From NCBI GenBank assembly GCA_965198115.1, contig OZ240241.1, positions 2,336,001 through 2,400,000 of the forward strand: a stretch of 64,000 nt of DNA, read 5' to 3'. A program made the translations under genes and the position numbers. Below, one piece after another: positions 10,499-22,132 of this stretch (positions within the stretch are counted from its first letter, which is position 1; the number at the start of each line of letters is the position of its first letter). The notes beneath the pieces were generated by a model that saw only the letters and a list, made by a program, of their open reading frames with translations, made no database searches and was not told the DNA's origin. The stretch is from Candidatus Latescibacterota bacterium. GTDB lineage: Bacteria > Latescibacterota > UBA2968.

Positions 10499-13400
10499 GT
10501 GATGCTCAAAATCTCACTCATCGTGCTCTCTGCCTGTATTGCGTGGCCCTCGTTTTCTCTTGGACAGGAAGTTGACTCCTTGGCCGCGATGGGAACGGTC
10601 CTGCGGGCGGGAGCCGGGACTCGCGTGCGGGCAGGCAGGGGATTTCGAAAACAGGACTTTCACACGTTCAGCGTGTCCGACGGACTCCCCGTCTCGCTGA
10701 TCCTCAGCGGCACCAGAGACTCGGCTGGAAACCTATGGTTCGGAACGCTACTCGAAGGGGCCGTTCGGTTCGACGGAGAATGGTTTACCCAGTACACCTC
10801 GCGGGATGGATTGAGCGGTCTCGAAAGTTCCATCGAGACGATTTATGAGGATCGCGAAGGCAGGATGTGGTTTGGGACACGGGAGCACGGTGTGAGTTGT
10901 TTCGACGGGCATCGGTTTGTAAACGCCACGGTCGACGACGGGCTGCTGAGCAACACTGTTCGGTCGATCCTCCAAGACCGGAACGGGAATCATTGGATCT
11001 GTCACGACAAGGGCGTCAGCCAATTTTATGGCGGCTCCTGGAGAACCTTCACCGTGGAGAACGGTCTCCCGCACGCGTTCATCCGGGACATCCTGGAGAG
11101 GCAGGATGGTCGTTTGCTGGTCGCCACGGGCGACGGGTTGGCGGAATTCGACGGCGAAGAATTCAGGCGAGTGGCTTTCCGTAGCCTTCCCTCCAAGCAA
11201 ATTCGTGTTCTGTTCGAGGACAACGAGCATCGCCTGTGGATTGGAACGAATCGAGGCGTTGCAGTCGCTGATAGCACAGACGTCAAGATCTATGACAGAC
11301 AAGGCGGTCTGGTACACAACCATATCGAAACCATTTCCCAGGATAGCGAGGGGAACATTTGGGTCGGCACCTCCGGAGGCGTAAGTCGGTACGCAGGTGG
11401 AAACCTTCACAACTTTACTGAGAAGGACGGCCTTCCACACGGGGATGTCCTAGCAGTCGTCGAAGACAACGGCGGCGCAATCTGGATCGCAACGGATGGC
11501 GGCGGGATCTGTCGGTACGATGGCAGACGGATTCGCAACTTCACTCAGGAAGCAGAAGGACTGCCGGACCACTGGTTCTGGTGCGCTCTGCAGGCCCGTT
11601 CCGGCAACATCTGGTTCGGGACACGGGAGAGCGGACTTGTCCGATACGATGGGCACCGATTCTCCGTCGTAACCGAACACGATGGTCTGGCTTCAAACGA
11701 CGTCTTCAGACTGCTGGAGGATTCCGACGGGGACCTCTGGATCGCGAACGGCGCAGGTGGTGCATCTTATTTCGGGCTCTATCCGGGTTTCTCAACGGTG
11801 AAACTATAGAATGACAAGGTCATAGATCGTTCCCTACGCTTGGTTGTGTGTGTAGGACAATCAAAGCGAAGGGGGTGCGACCTATGACCGGGAGCAGATT
11901 ACTATCGAAACTGCTGAGATTCAAGGGGTTCCGTGTTGTCAGCTGGTGGTTTGAGGGGAGAAGCTGTTTCGTCATCGCCGTAAAGCCACATAAGAATGGT
12001 TGTTGTTGTCTGGAGTGCGGCCGTCGAGGTAAAATCGTCCGCACAATGCCCCATCCGCGTCGGTGGCGTGACATTCCGGTGTGCGGGTGGAGGGTCTGGC
12101 TTCTCTACCATCCTCGGGAGATTCGGTGTCCTACCCACGGTCGTGTGGTCGAGGAGATTCCGTGGGCGGAGCGGTTGCGCTACTGCCAGACCATGACGCA
12201 GAAGGCGGCGTCCGAGTTACTGCGCATCTCTGCCTCGACGCTGTCGGATCTCCGTCACCGATCCATCACGCGGCTTCGTGAAGGTCATCGTATCCGAGGG
12301 CTCAAAACCATCGGGATCGACGAGATCTCCTACGCCAAGCGTCACAGGTACGCCACGCTCGTTTACGATCTGGACCGCTCCTGCGTGGTGTGGGTTGGCC
12401 GCGGCAGGGCGCGTAAAACGATCGATCGGTTCTTCACAGAGGCTCTCAGTCCCTACCGGAGATCCAAGATCGAGTGGGCCTGCTGCGACATGAGCGAAGC
12501 TTACATCGGAGCCATCCAGGAACACTGTCCGAATGCCAAGCTGGTCCTCGATCGCTTTCACATCGTCAAGGCTCTCAATGCCGCCGTTGACGAGGTCCGT
12601 AAGGACCAGTGGCGTAAAGCTGCCCCGGATGAGCGCAAAGCCATGAAGGGCCTCCGATGGCTCCTCTACCGGCACTCAGCGACACGCTCCAGAGGGGATA
12701 CTCGGACACTCAAAGCACTGGAGAAGGCGAACTACCGAATCTATAGAGCCTGGAGACTCAAGGACGAGTTCGAGCAGTTCTGGGAATACAAAGCGCCCTG
12801 GGCTGCCGAACGCTTCCTGAAATGCTGGACGACGTCCGCACTCAGAAGTCGACTTGAACCCCTGCGAAAGTTCGTCAGGACCCTGCGACAGCACTTCTTC
12901 GGCGTCCTCGCATTCGTGAACACGCGTCTTACCAACGCCATCGCCGAAGGCCTCAACCGAATCGTCCAAATCGTCAAGAACCGAGCCAGCGGATTCCGCA
13001 CACTCGACGCATTCAACGATATGATCTTCCTTACCGTCGGAGACATAAACATCCCTGAGCAGATTCCGAAGAGGTTCCGCACACGCTAACCGCGCCCCCA
13101 TGCCAGGAACCACGGCACCTTCACCCACTTCAGCTCGTTGAGAGATCCGGATATAGCCTTATTTCGACGGTGCGACTTTTCGACCGGTTGAAGGGATCGA
13201 TGTTGCCTGGAGTGTCTGGGAAGATCAAGCCGGGCGTATTCTGTTCGGAGGGCCCGTCGCCGGCAATATCCAGATTCTGGACGGAGATAAGATCTCCGAC
13301 TTTACCGTGATTCCTCAAGCAATTGTTTGGTCGATACTCGAGGATTCAGTGGGACGCGTATGGGTTGGAACGGGTGGAGGTGGCGCCGTTCGATACGATA

Positions 13401-14948
13401 GTGATCGCTTCGAGAGATTCAACCGGATGGCCGAGGATAAGATCAGAACGGGCCGCGCGCTCTTGGAGGATCGCGCTGGAAACGTGTGGATTGGGACACG
13501 CAAAAGGGGTCGTCAGATTCGATGGAAAACGCATCACATCGTACGGTGTCCGCGATGGCCTCGTCGGGAATTGGGTTGAAGATATCGAAGAGGATAGTCG
13601 CGGAAACCTTTGGTTCGCCACGGCGGGAGGTGGCATAAGTCTATTCGATGGACTGGTGTTTCAGAAATTTCAACGCCAGGACGGTCTGGTCAGCGATTTG
13701 GTAACAGGAATAACTGAAGATCGGAGGGGAAACATCTGGATTACGACTGGGGGTGGCATCACAAGATACAGGCCTTCCACTGGAGCACCTGGCATCGCGT
13801 TGACCGATGTGATCTCGGACAGGAGATACGGTCCAGTTACAGAATTGAACCTGCCGGTAACCCAGACCTATCTGGCCTTCGAGTTCAGTGGGAGAAGTCT
13901 GTCGATGCATTGGGAGGCGATCGCCTACGTTTACCAACTGGAGGGCGCAGACGAGAAGTGGAAGACCACGCGTTTGCAAAGAGTCGAGTACTCAGATCTG
14001 CCAGAGGGGCAATATACGTTCAAAGTTAAGGCCGTGGACCGTGACCTCAACTACTCGGAGATTCCGGCCACCGTGAGTATTTCGATCCGCCCTTCCTACG
14101 AGCAGATTGCCTGGAAGGGTGGTCTGGCGGTTGTAGGACTTGGTCTGATTCTCACGGCCCTCTACGGATACCGGAAGCAGAGAGAGCTTCGCCGCATCGA
14201 ACTGCTCCGAGTCGAACAGATGGAACAGGAACTTCAGACCGCCCACGATATGCAGATGAGTTTGATGCCCAAAGAACGTCCCACGCTTGCCGGCTTCAGC
14301 GTGGCTGGCGTCTGTGTTCCTGCGAGCCACGTCGGCGGAGATTTCTGGCAGTATTTCCTGAAAGAGGACAAGCTGGCCGTCTGCCTCGCAGATGTAACCG
14401 GCAAGGCGATGGAGGCCGCCATTCCAGTGGTCATGTTTTCCGGCATCCTCGAAAGTGAAATACAACACGGGATCGACCCTCGATCCCTTTTCTCTCGCCT
14501 GAATCGAACGCTATCAGGGACACTCGATAGTCGCACGTTCGTGTGCTTTGCGATGGGTGAGATCGATCTCTCAACCCGAGTTCTGCGCCTGTGCAATGCC
14601 GCTTGTCCTTATCCCTATCACTATAACGCCCAAGAGGACGAGATTCGCGAAATTCAAGCAGATTCCTACCCTCTTGGTATTCGTTCGGACACAGCTTACG
14701 ACACGGTAGAAGTTCAGCTTCAGGGATCGGACTATTTGGTCTTCGTGTCGGACGGGATCACCGAAACCGAAAACGCCGATGGTGAGATCTTTGGTTACGA
14801 CCGTACCACGGCCAGCATTCTGGAGGTGTGCCGGACAGGATCAACACCTGAGACGGTCATCGAAGGAATCCTCGAGGATGTGAACGCCTTCAAGGGAAGC
14901 GCGATCCATAGTGACGATATGACCTGCGTTGTTCTGAAAACAGAATGA
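10499..14948 (+). pseudogene. Signal peptide + two-component regulator beta-propeller repeats + Y_Y_Y + TM + SpoIIE/RsbU PP2C phosphatase; split by ISL3 and frameshifted near 13505
   Basis: Repeated DxxGxxWxGT units; YSDLPEGQYTFKVKA; VGGDF, DVTGK, SDG, DDMT; frame rejoins across the IS target duplication. Confidence 0.9.
11775..13158 (+). mobile_element. ISL3-family IS, copy 1 (36-bp internal deletion); transposase ORF 11848-13089
   Basis: IRs GGCTCTATCCGGGTTTCTCAACG / CGTTGAGAGATCCGGATATAGCC; 8-bp TSD TTATTTCG; IGIDE, CDM, LDRFH, TNAIAEGLN. Confidence 0.95.
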
Positions 14949-14984
14949 GAGCCTGTATTCTGCCGCCGCTGGGGCACCAATCTT

Positions 14985-15325
14985 GAGGATGGTAGAGAAG
15001 CCAGACCCTCCACCCGCACACCGGAATGTCACGCCACCGACGCGGATGGGGCATTGTGCGGACGATTTTACCTCGACGGCCGCACTCCGGACAACAACAA
15101 CCATTCTTATGTGGCTTTACGGCGATGACGAAACAGCTTCTCCCCTCAAACCACCAGCTGACAACACGGAACCCCTTGAATCTCAGCAGTTTCGATAGTA
15201 ATCTGCTCCCGGTCATAGGTCGCACCCCCTTCGCTTTGATTGTCCTACACACACAACCAAGCGTAGGGAACGATCTATGACCTTGTCATTCTATAGTTTC
15301 ACCGTTGAGAAACCCGGATAGAGCC
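14985..15325 (-). mobile_element. ISL3 copy 2, left 341 bp only
   Basis: Reverse complement of the IS left end; identity stops at 14985. Confidence 0.95.
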
Positions 15326-16025
15326 TGTTAAAATGGATGATTGTGAAATCTCCTGCCTCGGCCACCGCGTCGAACGTCGTCCCGCTCCCCATCCCGCTCG
15401 TCGTCACGAGCAGATCGGGCCCTGCTTCCTTTGTCACGCCGATCAGCTCCACCTGACCCTCGTTTGACCGCAACCACTCCCCTTCCTGCCAGTTCGCGTA
15501 GCCCGCGTGCGCAAACTCGTTCGCGATCTCCATCGCCACGTGCGTGTAGCCTTGTGTCACCACCCATCCAGTCGCGTTCTCAACCGCCGTTCGCAACGTC
15601 TGCCGATCGCCGAGCGCTCGCGGGTAACTGTGCTGTCGCTGGTAGAAACAGCTCAGGATGATCGCACAGCCGTTGTCGTCCGCAGCCTCGATCACTCGTG
15701 CAATCCGGTCAAGGTAGCCGTTTCGCAGCGACCCATCCGCATTGAAAGCAGAATTGACCGCCCCTTCGTAGTTCGGCGCTCCCCCCTGCAAGCTGATCGT
15801 GAAAGCCCGAACCCCGTGCGCCGCGTACTCCGGAATCCGGGCAACAAACCGGTCCGTGTTCGCCTCCGGATCGAATCCTGCCATCACATCCGGCACATCC
15901 CCGCGATCGTCCTCGAACACGCAATTCACCATCCGCACGTTCGTCAGCAGACCCTCCGCCGGACTTCCCGGATGGATTACCTCCCCATCGAACAGCCAGT
16001 TCATCCCGTCGATCGATATCCGCAT
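15326..16025 (-). pseudogene. Glycoside-hydrolase-like (clan GH-A type) protein truncated by ISL3
   Basis: GVRAFTISLQGG, EIANE; C-terminal LYPGFSTVKL is IS-derived. Confidence 0.6.
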
Positions 16026-16061
16026 TGCAGATTCTTTCTACTTGGTGAGTCGTGATTACCC

Positions 16062-16091
16062 ACACTTCGACTCCGCTCAGTGTGACGGTGT
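16062..16091. repeat. REP-like element
   Basis: Identical to 9638-9667. Confidence 0.75.
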
Positions 16092-16190
16092 GTTTTGGAC
16101 AGTCAACGGTAAAAGCATGGTTCTCGGGCGACCTTATCGGAGCCATCTCTGCCCAAGAATCCTGTACAGTTGTTCATCGAAGGGCCGTTC

Positions 16191-16218
16191 GGAGCCTGTC
16201 CTGAGCCCAGTCGAAGGG
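16191..16218. repeat. REP-like element (inverted orientation)
   Basis: GGAGCCTGTCCTGAGCCCAGTCGAAGGG, similar to 29436-29462. Confidence 0.6.
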
Positions 16219-16278
16219 TGTTCTCTGTGTGCTCAGTGGTAGGCTTCGGGCCCCTCTCGTGCTACATTGGGGCCACCT

Positions 16279-17865
16279 ATGATCACCCTCATCCACTCCG
16301 GACGCATCATCGACGGTACCGGCAATCCGTGGTATCACGGCGACGTCCTCCTCGACGATGGCCGCATCGCCGCCATCGAACCGCTCGGCAAGATACCGCA
16401 CACATCCGTCGATGACGTCATCGACGCGACCGGCCACGTCGTCTGCCCCGGCTTCATCGATATCCAGAGCCACTCGATCGTCCCCCTGATGCGGGATGGG
16501 CGATGCCTGTCGAAGATCACGCAGGGCATCACGACAGAGATTATGGGCGAAGCCTGGACGCCTGCACCGGTCGGCGCTGACTCCGCGCTCTCGAGCCGGA
16601 TCCCTGAGGACTGGAGGGACAGGGCCCGTAGCTGGACACGGTTCGGCGATTGGCTCGACGCGATGGTCAAGGCGGGCGTCTCGCCTAACGTAGGTTCCTT
16701 CCTCGGCGGCGGCACGTTGCGTTCTCTCGCGATGGGAATGCGAATGGACGAGCCAACCGATGGAGAGTTGAGCACGATGCGTCGGGTGATGGCCGAATCG
16801 ATGGAAGACGGCGCCTTCGGACCGTCCTACGCCCTTATCTATCCGCCCGACACTTACACCAACACAGACGAAATCGTCGAAATCTGCAAGGTCGCATCGG
16901 AGTCCGGCGGTGTTTACATCACCCATATGCGGTCGGAGGCGGACGAAATCTTAGAAGCGCTCCATGAAGCGATCGAGATCGGTAAACGGGCCGACCTGCC
17001 CGTCGAGATATACCACCTCAAAGCCGTCGGCGAGAGCAACTACGGCAAGATACATCAAGTCATAGAACGGATCGAGACGGCGCGTGCGGATGGCTAGGAC
17101 GTCACGGCCGATATGTATCCCTATCCCGCCAGCGGGACCGGACTCGCCACCGTGTTGCCCACCTGGGTGTCCGCGGACGGCAAGTTTTTCGACAACCTCA
17201 GCGATCCCGAAGTGCGCGAAAAGATCGTCACCGAGACCCGTGACGTGGTCGGCGAAATCCCCCGACGCCCCGACCAGATCGCCCCCGTTGCATTCAAGAA
17301 ACCGGAGAACCAGCAGTACATCGGGAAACGACTCGACGAAATCGCCAAGATGCGCGGTCAGGATTGGGTCAATGCAACCATCGATCTGCTACTCTCCGAA
17401 CACGACCGCATCTTCACCATCTACCACACGATGTCCGAAGACAACGTGCGGCTGCAGCTTCAACTCCCGTGGGTCAAGATCTCGACCGACGCAGGCGGTG
17501 TGGATCCGAAATGGGCAAAAGCGGAAGGTCCCCTTCATCCACGCGCCTACGGAACCTACCCTCGCGTCCTGGGTCATTATACGCGCGACGAGGAACTGAT
17601 GTCCCTCGAGGAATGCATACGGAAGATGACATCTTCCGTCGCGAACCGCCTGTCCCTCTGGGATCGCGGTCGACTTCAGCCCGGCTGTTGGGCCGACGTG
17701 CTTATCCTCGATCCCGACACCGTCATCGACCGGGCCACCTTCCAGGACACGCACGAGCTCTCCGTCGGCATTCGCGACGTCTTCGTCAACGGCACTCGCG
17801 TCCTCAACGATGGCGAACACACAGGCGCCACCCCCGGAACGTTCCTGAAGGGCCCAGGCGCTTGA
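16279..17865 (+). pseudogene. N-acyl-D-amino-acid deacylase (D-aminoacylase) with one in-frame TAG at 17095-17097
   Basis: [44 protein letters not shown]; both ORFs share one frame. Confidence 0.9.
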
Positions 17866-17896
17866 GCAGATCTTTCGCAATGGGGACTTGCAGGGG

Positions 17897-17945
17897 TCAC
17901 TTCGAGCACCTCGACTTCGCTCGGCACAGGCACCGTCAGAAATCA
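17897..17945. repeat. REP-like element
   Basis: GTCACTTCGAGCACCTCGACTTCGCTCGGCACAGGC. Confidence 0.6.
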
Positions 17946-17970
17946 CTGATAGAAAGGCCAACTTACTGAG

Positions 17971-19020
17971 ATGAGACGCGTTACTCGTACAGGCGGTCCC
18001 CTCGTTGAGGGTCTGGCGAGGCCAGGCGGTCACTCGCATACCCAGTCCTTCCTCACCCAGAAGTACTTCGAGTTAGAACGACGGCTCGCCTACCCTCAGA
18101 CTAAAAAGAAAGAAGCCTGGCAACAGTGGCGACGGAAACTTCGTCACGCGTTGAAGAAAACATTGTGTCTCGACAAGCTGGGCCCTATACCAAATCCTCG
18201 ACCGACCGTGACTGAAACGGTCCAGTGCAAGGGTTACCAAAGACAAAAAATCACCTACGAAACGCTCCCTGGTAACCGTGTCTCCGCGTATCTTCTCCTT
18301 CCTGAATCGCCAGCTCCACACCCCGCCGTCATCTGTCCACACGGCCACGTGACAGGCGCAAAGGACAACGTCGTCGGTCTGACCGATCCTCTGGGCGTTG
18401 CCTACGCACACGAACTCGCGTTGCGAGGCGTGGTCACGCTGGCGCCGGACAACGCGTTCATGGGAGAGCGAGACCGGGGGGACGAACGCAACGGCAATCG
18501 CGTCTCTGGATGCTCGACTGGGTGGGCTCGTCTGAACCAGATGGGGCTCGATCTCACCGGTTTTCGCATCTTCGACCTGATCGCCGGGCTGAATCTCCTA
18601 TGCGATCACCCTGGTGTGGACGCTCGCCACATCGGGTGCGCCGGCCTTTCCGGCGGATGCTGGCTTTCGCAGGTTCTGACCGCGTTGGACCGTCGGATCA
18701 AGGGCGTCATCCTGAGCGGATTCTTCACGACCTTCGTCCAGACGACGTGGCACGAGCACTGTGTATGCCATCATCCCTTCGGCATCGGCCTGTTCTGCGA
18801 TATGCCGGACCTGTCCGCGCTCATCGCACCGCGTCCTCAGTTCGTCGAGTCCGGTATCTCCGATAAACCGTATCCCCACGAGCCGGCCTATTCGATGGTG
18901 AAGAAAGCTTACGTCCTGAACGGCGCCCCAGATCACCTACAGCTCCATCGATACCGAGGCGGTCATATGTTCAACGGCAAGAAATCCATCCCCTGGCTTG
19001 TCGAACAATTGAGTCAGTAG
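17971..19020 (+). CDS. Alpha/beta hydrolase (dienelactone hydrolase/acetylxylan esterase-like)
   Basis: PAVICPHGH, nucleophile elbow GLSGG, LIAPRP, GGH. Confidence 0.85.
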   Translation: MRRVTRTGGPLVEGLARPGGHSHTQSFLTQKYFELERRLAYPQTKKKEAWQQWRRKLRHALKKTLCLDKLGPIPNPRPTVTETVQCKGYQRQKITYETLPGNRVSAYLLLPESPAPHPAVICPHGHVTGAKDNVVGLTDPLGVAYAHELALRGVVTLAPDNAFMGERDRGDERNGNRVSGCSTGWARLNQMGLDLTGFRIFDLIAGLNLLCDHPGVDARHIGCAGLSGGCWLSQVLTALDRRIKGVILSGFFTTFVQTTWHEHCVCHHPFGIGLFCDMPDLSALIAPRPQFVESGISDKPYPHEPAYSMVKKAYVLNGAPDHLQLHRYRGGHMFNGKKSIPWLVEQLSQ

Positions 19021-19047
19021 TTACCCTTCACAGAAAGAGAGCACGGG

Positions 19048-19073
19048 GTCACTTCGAGCGGAGTCGAGAAGTC
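19048..19073. repeat. REP-like element
   Basis: GTCACTTCGAGCGGAGTCGAGAAGTC; core is the reverse complement of CTCGACTCCGCTC. Confidence 0.6.
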
Positions 19074-19089
19074 CCCCTTGGAGCGGAAG

Positions 19090-19938
19090 ATGCCCAAACA
19101 ACGAACGATGAAAACACGCGTGGGTGCGGTCCAACTCATCTCGAACGAGCAAGACGTCGATGGCAACATCGAGCGATCACTCGCCTACTGCGATCGAGCC
19201 GCGCATCGTGGCGTGCAAATCCTCTGTTTTCCGGAAGGAGCCAGCACCGGCTTCGATTGGGTCAGGGGCGAAAGAGTGTCCGATTGTCCTTACGCCGAAC
19301 CCGTCCCAGGCCCGATCATGAAGAGGTTCGAGGCAAAGGCTGCCGAAACAGGGATGTACATCATCTACGGTGTCGCCGAGCGCCCGAAGGGATCCAGGAA
19401 GATTTACAACACGGCCTTTCTTGTCGGCCCGAAGGAGGGTTATCTGGGAAGACATCGAAAGGTCTTTTCCGAGAAAGTTTTCGGAAACGGTACCGACGCA
19501 AATGTCTTCGACACGCGTTATGGCAGAATCGGCATCTTCATCTGCGCCGATATGCGATCCCCCGAATTATCGCGCCTTCTCGTCCTCAAGGGTGCCCACA
19601 TCCTCTTCCAACCGACCAACTACTTTCATCCCGACGGCGTCGACATCGCCAACCGCTACCGCGGCAAGTGCACGGCTCAGAGATCCCGCGCGATGGACAA
19701 CGGCGTCCACCTGGTCATCGCCAACGCCGGACGCACCGAATACGTCAACAACAGCCGCATCATCGCGCCCGGCGGACAGGGCCCTGAGCCCAAGCTCGCC
19801 TACGCCACGCACCACGAGCAGCTCCTCGTCGCCGACATCACCTACAATCTCCGGGACAACAAAGCCCGCACCGCCGCAAAGCGCGCTCCCTGGCTCTTCA
19901 GGGAACTCGCTGGAGAAATGCGTCGCGCCGCTCGTTGA
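19090..19938 (+). CDS. Carbon-nitrogen hydrolase (nitrilase/amidase superfamily)
   Basis: Triad motifs FPE, HRK, ICAD; IYNTA. Confidence 0.9.
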   Translation: MPKQRTMKTRVGAVQLISNEQDVDGNIERSLAYCDRAAHRGVQILCFPEGASTGFDWVRGERVSDCPYAEPVPGPIMKRFEAKAAETGMYIIYGVAERPKGSRKIYNTAFLVGPKEGYLGRHRKVFSEKVFGNGTDANVFDTRYGRIGIFICADMRSPELSRLLVLKGAHILFQPTNYFHPDGVDIANRYRGKCTAQRSRAMDNGVHLVIANAGRTEYVNNSRIIAPGGQGPEPKLAYATHHEQLLVADITYNLRDNKARTAAKRAPWLFRELAGEMRRAAR

Positions 19939-20025
19939 TATGAGATTCCCTGTAGGTAAATACGATACGATTGCCACGCCTGCTCTCCCCGTCGCCCGCT
20001 CGCCCCGTCCCCCGTTCAGCCTTTC

Positions 20026-21948
20026 ATGACTAAACGCTCTTTCGCCATCGGCCTCTTCCTCTCCGTCCTAGCCGCCGTCTGGCCAGCCTGGTCGGAATAC
20101 ATCATCCACTCCTCCCGCGCCGACTACGGTCACCTGTCCGCGGCAATCCTGATCCCGTTTCTGGCTCTGATCGCGATCAACAGTCGTTTTACCAGGATGG
20201 GTGGTGGCCTGAATGCATCCGAGCTCATCGTCATCGTCGCGATGGGAATGATTGCATCCATCGCGCAGGGCGAGTGGGTCATCGGATATCTTTTCAGCAC
20301 CATCACCTCGCCCACCTATTTCGCGACCGTCGAAAACGGGTGGGAAGAAACCCTCCTTTCTACGGTCCCTCAGTGGTCCATCATCGCCGATAAGGCGGTA
20401 GCTACCGGCTTTTACGAGAGTCTCCCCTACGGCGCCGACTTTCCCTGGGCAGCCTGGGGGCCACCTTTGCTGTGGTGGGGTGGGTTCTTCGTCGCCTTCT
20501 TCCTCGCCAATCTCTGCGTCGTCGTCATTTTCCGCCGTCAGTGGACAGACTACGAGCGCCTCCCCTTTCCCATCGCCGCGGGTCTCCTCGAAATCACCGG
20601 TCAAGGCGAGGAACGTGGGACGCTCACCATCCTCGCCAGGAATCGCCTGTTCTGGATCGGGTTCGGCATCCTCTTCTTCATCTTTGGTTGGGACCAGGTC
20701 GCCTGGTTCAGCGAGTTGATGCCCGAGTTCGAACCTCAGCGCGATCGCCAGATTAACCTCATGCGAGATTTTCCTTTCCTTCGCTTCAGCCCGAACCCGA
20801 TGGCGATGACCTTCTGCTGGTTCGTCAAATCGGAAGTCCTCTTCAGCATATGGGTCTTCCATCTGTTGATGGTTCTACAGGTAGGCGTAATGAACCGGCT
20901 GGGATACGAGATGGGCTCGCCAGAACCCCTCACCTCATTCAATCCCGCGATCGGATGGCAAAGCTTCGGGGGTCTGCTCGTCTTCGTCCTGTGGGGGCTA
21001 TGGGTCGCTCGACACCATCTAGCCGCTGTATTGCGACAGGCATTCCTGAACAGGAAAGAAATCGATGACTCGACCGAACTGATGTCCTACCGCAGTGCCG
21101 TCTTCCTCTTCCTGGCGTGTGGGGGATTCTCGGGAGCATTCTTGTGGCGCTGTGGGCTCTCCCTCGGTCCGCTCCTCCTCTTCTGGCTGACGACGATGGT
21201 CCTCTATCTCGGGTTCGCACGCATCATTGTCGAAACGGGACTCGTCTTTCTTCGGGTCCCCATTTCCGGACACGACGCCGCTTGGAACCTCTTCGGCATC
21301 CAGGGAATCGACCCGGCAAGCGCGGTGGCGCTCAGTCTGGCCTACAGCTTCTTCGCCGACGGTAAGACACTGTTTATCACGACCGCTGCCCACATTCCGC
21401 GCCTTGGGGTGTCCCTCGACCGAAAGGGCCGACGGCGTTTACCCGGAGCCGTAACCCTTGCTCTCGTCGCCGGCCTGATCGCGGTGGGCGCCTTCACCAT
21501 CTACCACGGAAACTACGGGGTGGGTACGCTGAACTTTGCAAGCCCCAGCTACAACGGAGGTAACGCGAGCTTCATTTGGGGTCTCCACGCGAGTCGCATC
21601 AGAGCCGCCAGTCTGGAAGCAGATTGGACACGACTCGTCTGGCTACTGGTCGGCGCCATCTTCACGGTGTGTCTCTACAGCATTCGCTACCGCTTCCCCC
21701 GGTTTGGACTGCACCCGATCGGTTTCGCCATCTCCGGATCGGACATCCTCCGGACCGGATTCACTTCTGTTTTGCTCGTTTGGTTGGCCAAGGACCTCGT
21801 CTTCCGATTCGGCGGCCTGGATCGCTACAGACGCACCACACCCTTCGTGATGGGCGGATTCATCGGCTACCTCACCGCCGTCGCCACTGGGATCATCGTC
21901 GACGCGATTTGGTATCCGGGCAAAGGCCACCAGCTCCACGGCTGGTAG
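20026..21948 (+). CDS. 640-aa polytopic membrane protein, putative transporter (DUF6785/DUF6784-like), paralog 1
   Basis: Many hydrophobic segments; QWxDxERLPFP, RIIVETG, LHPIGF. Confidence 0.85.
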   Translation: MTKRSFAIGLFLSVLAAVWPAWSEYIIHSSRADYGHLSAAILIPFLALIAINSRFTRMGGGLNASELIVIVAMGMIASIAQGEWVIGYLFSTITSPTYFATVENGWEETLLSTVPQWSIIADKAVATGFYESLPYGADFPWAAWGPPLLWWGGFFVAFFLANLCVVVIFRRQWTDYERLPFPIAAGLLEITGQGEERGTLTILARNRLFWIGFGILFFIFGWDQVAWFSELMPEFEPQRDRQINLMRDFPFLRFSPNPMAMTFCWFVKSEVLFSIWVFHLLMVLQVGVMNRLGYEMGSPEPLTSFNPAIGWQSFGGLLVFVLWGLWVARHHLAAVLRQAFLNRKEIDDSTELMSYRSAVFLFLACGGFSGAFLWRCGLSLGPLLLFWLTTMVLYLGFARIIVETGLVFLRVPISGHDAAWNLFGIQGIDPASAVALSLAYSFFADGKTLFITTAAHIPRLGVSLDRKGRRRLPGAVTLALVAGLIAVGAFTIYHGNYGVGTLNFASPSYNGGNASFIWGLHASRIRAASLEADWTRLVWLLVGAIFTVCLYSIRYRFPRFGLHPIGFAISGSDILRTGFTSVLLVWLAKDLVFRFGGLDRYRRTTPFVMGGFIGYLTAVATGIIVDAIWYPGKGHQLHGW

Positions 21949-22132
21949 ATTCTCAGCGTGTCCCGCATCTCACCGAATTGCACAGGACGATCGTGGACAC
22001 ACATTACTCTGGCCTACAGATGATCCACGTCGCAAACCAAATGAGACAGTGTCTCAGCCAAAGCCAGCGCGTGTCCCTTGCCACGCCTGCTCCCCCCGTC
22101 TCCCGCTCGCCCCATCCCTCGCTCGGCTTTTC

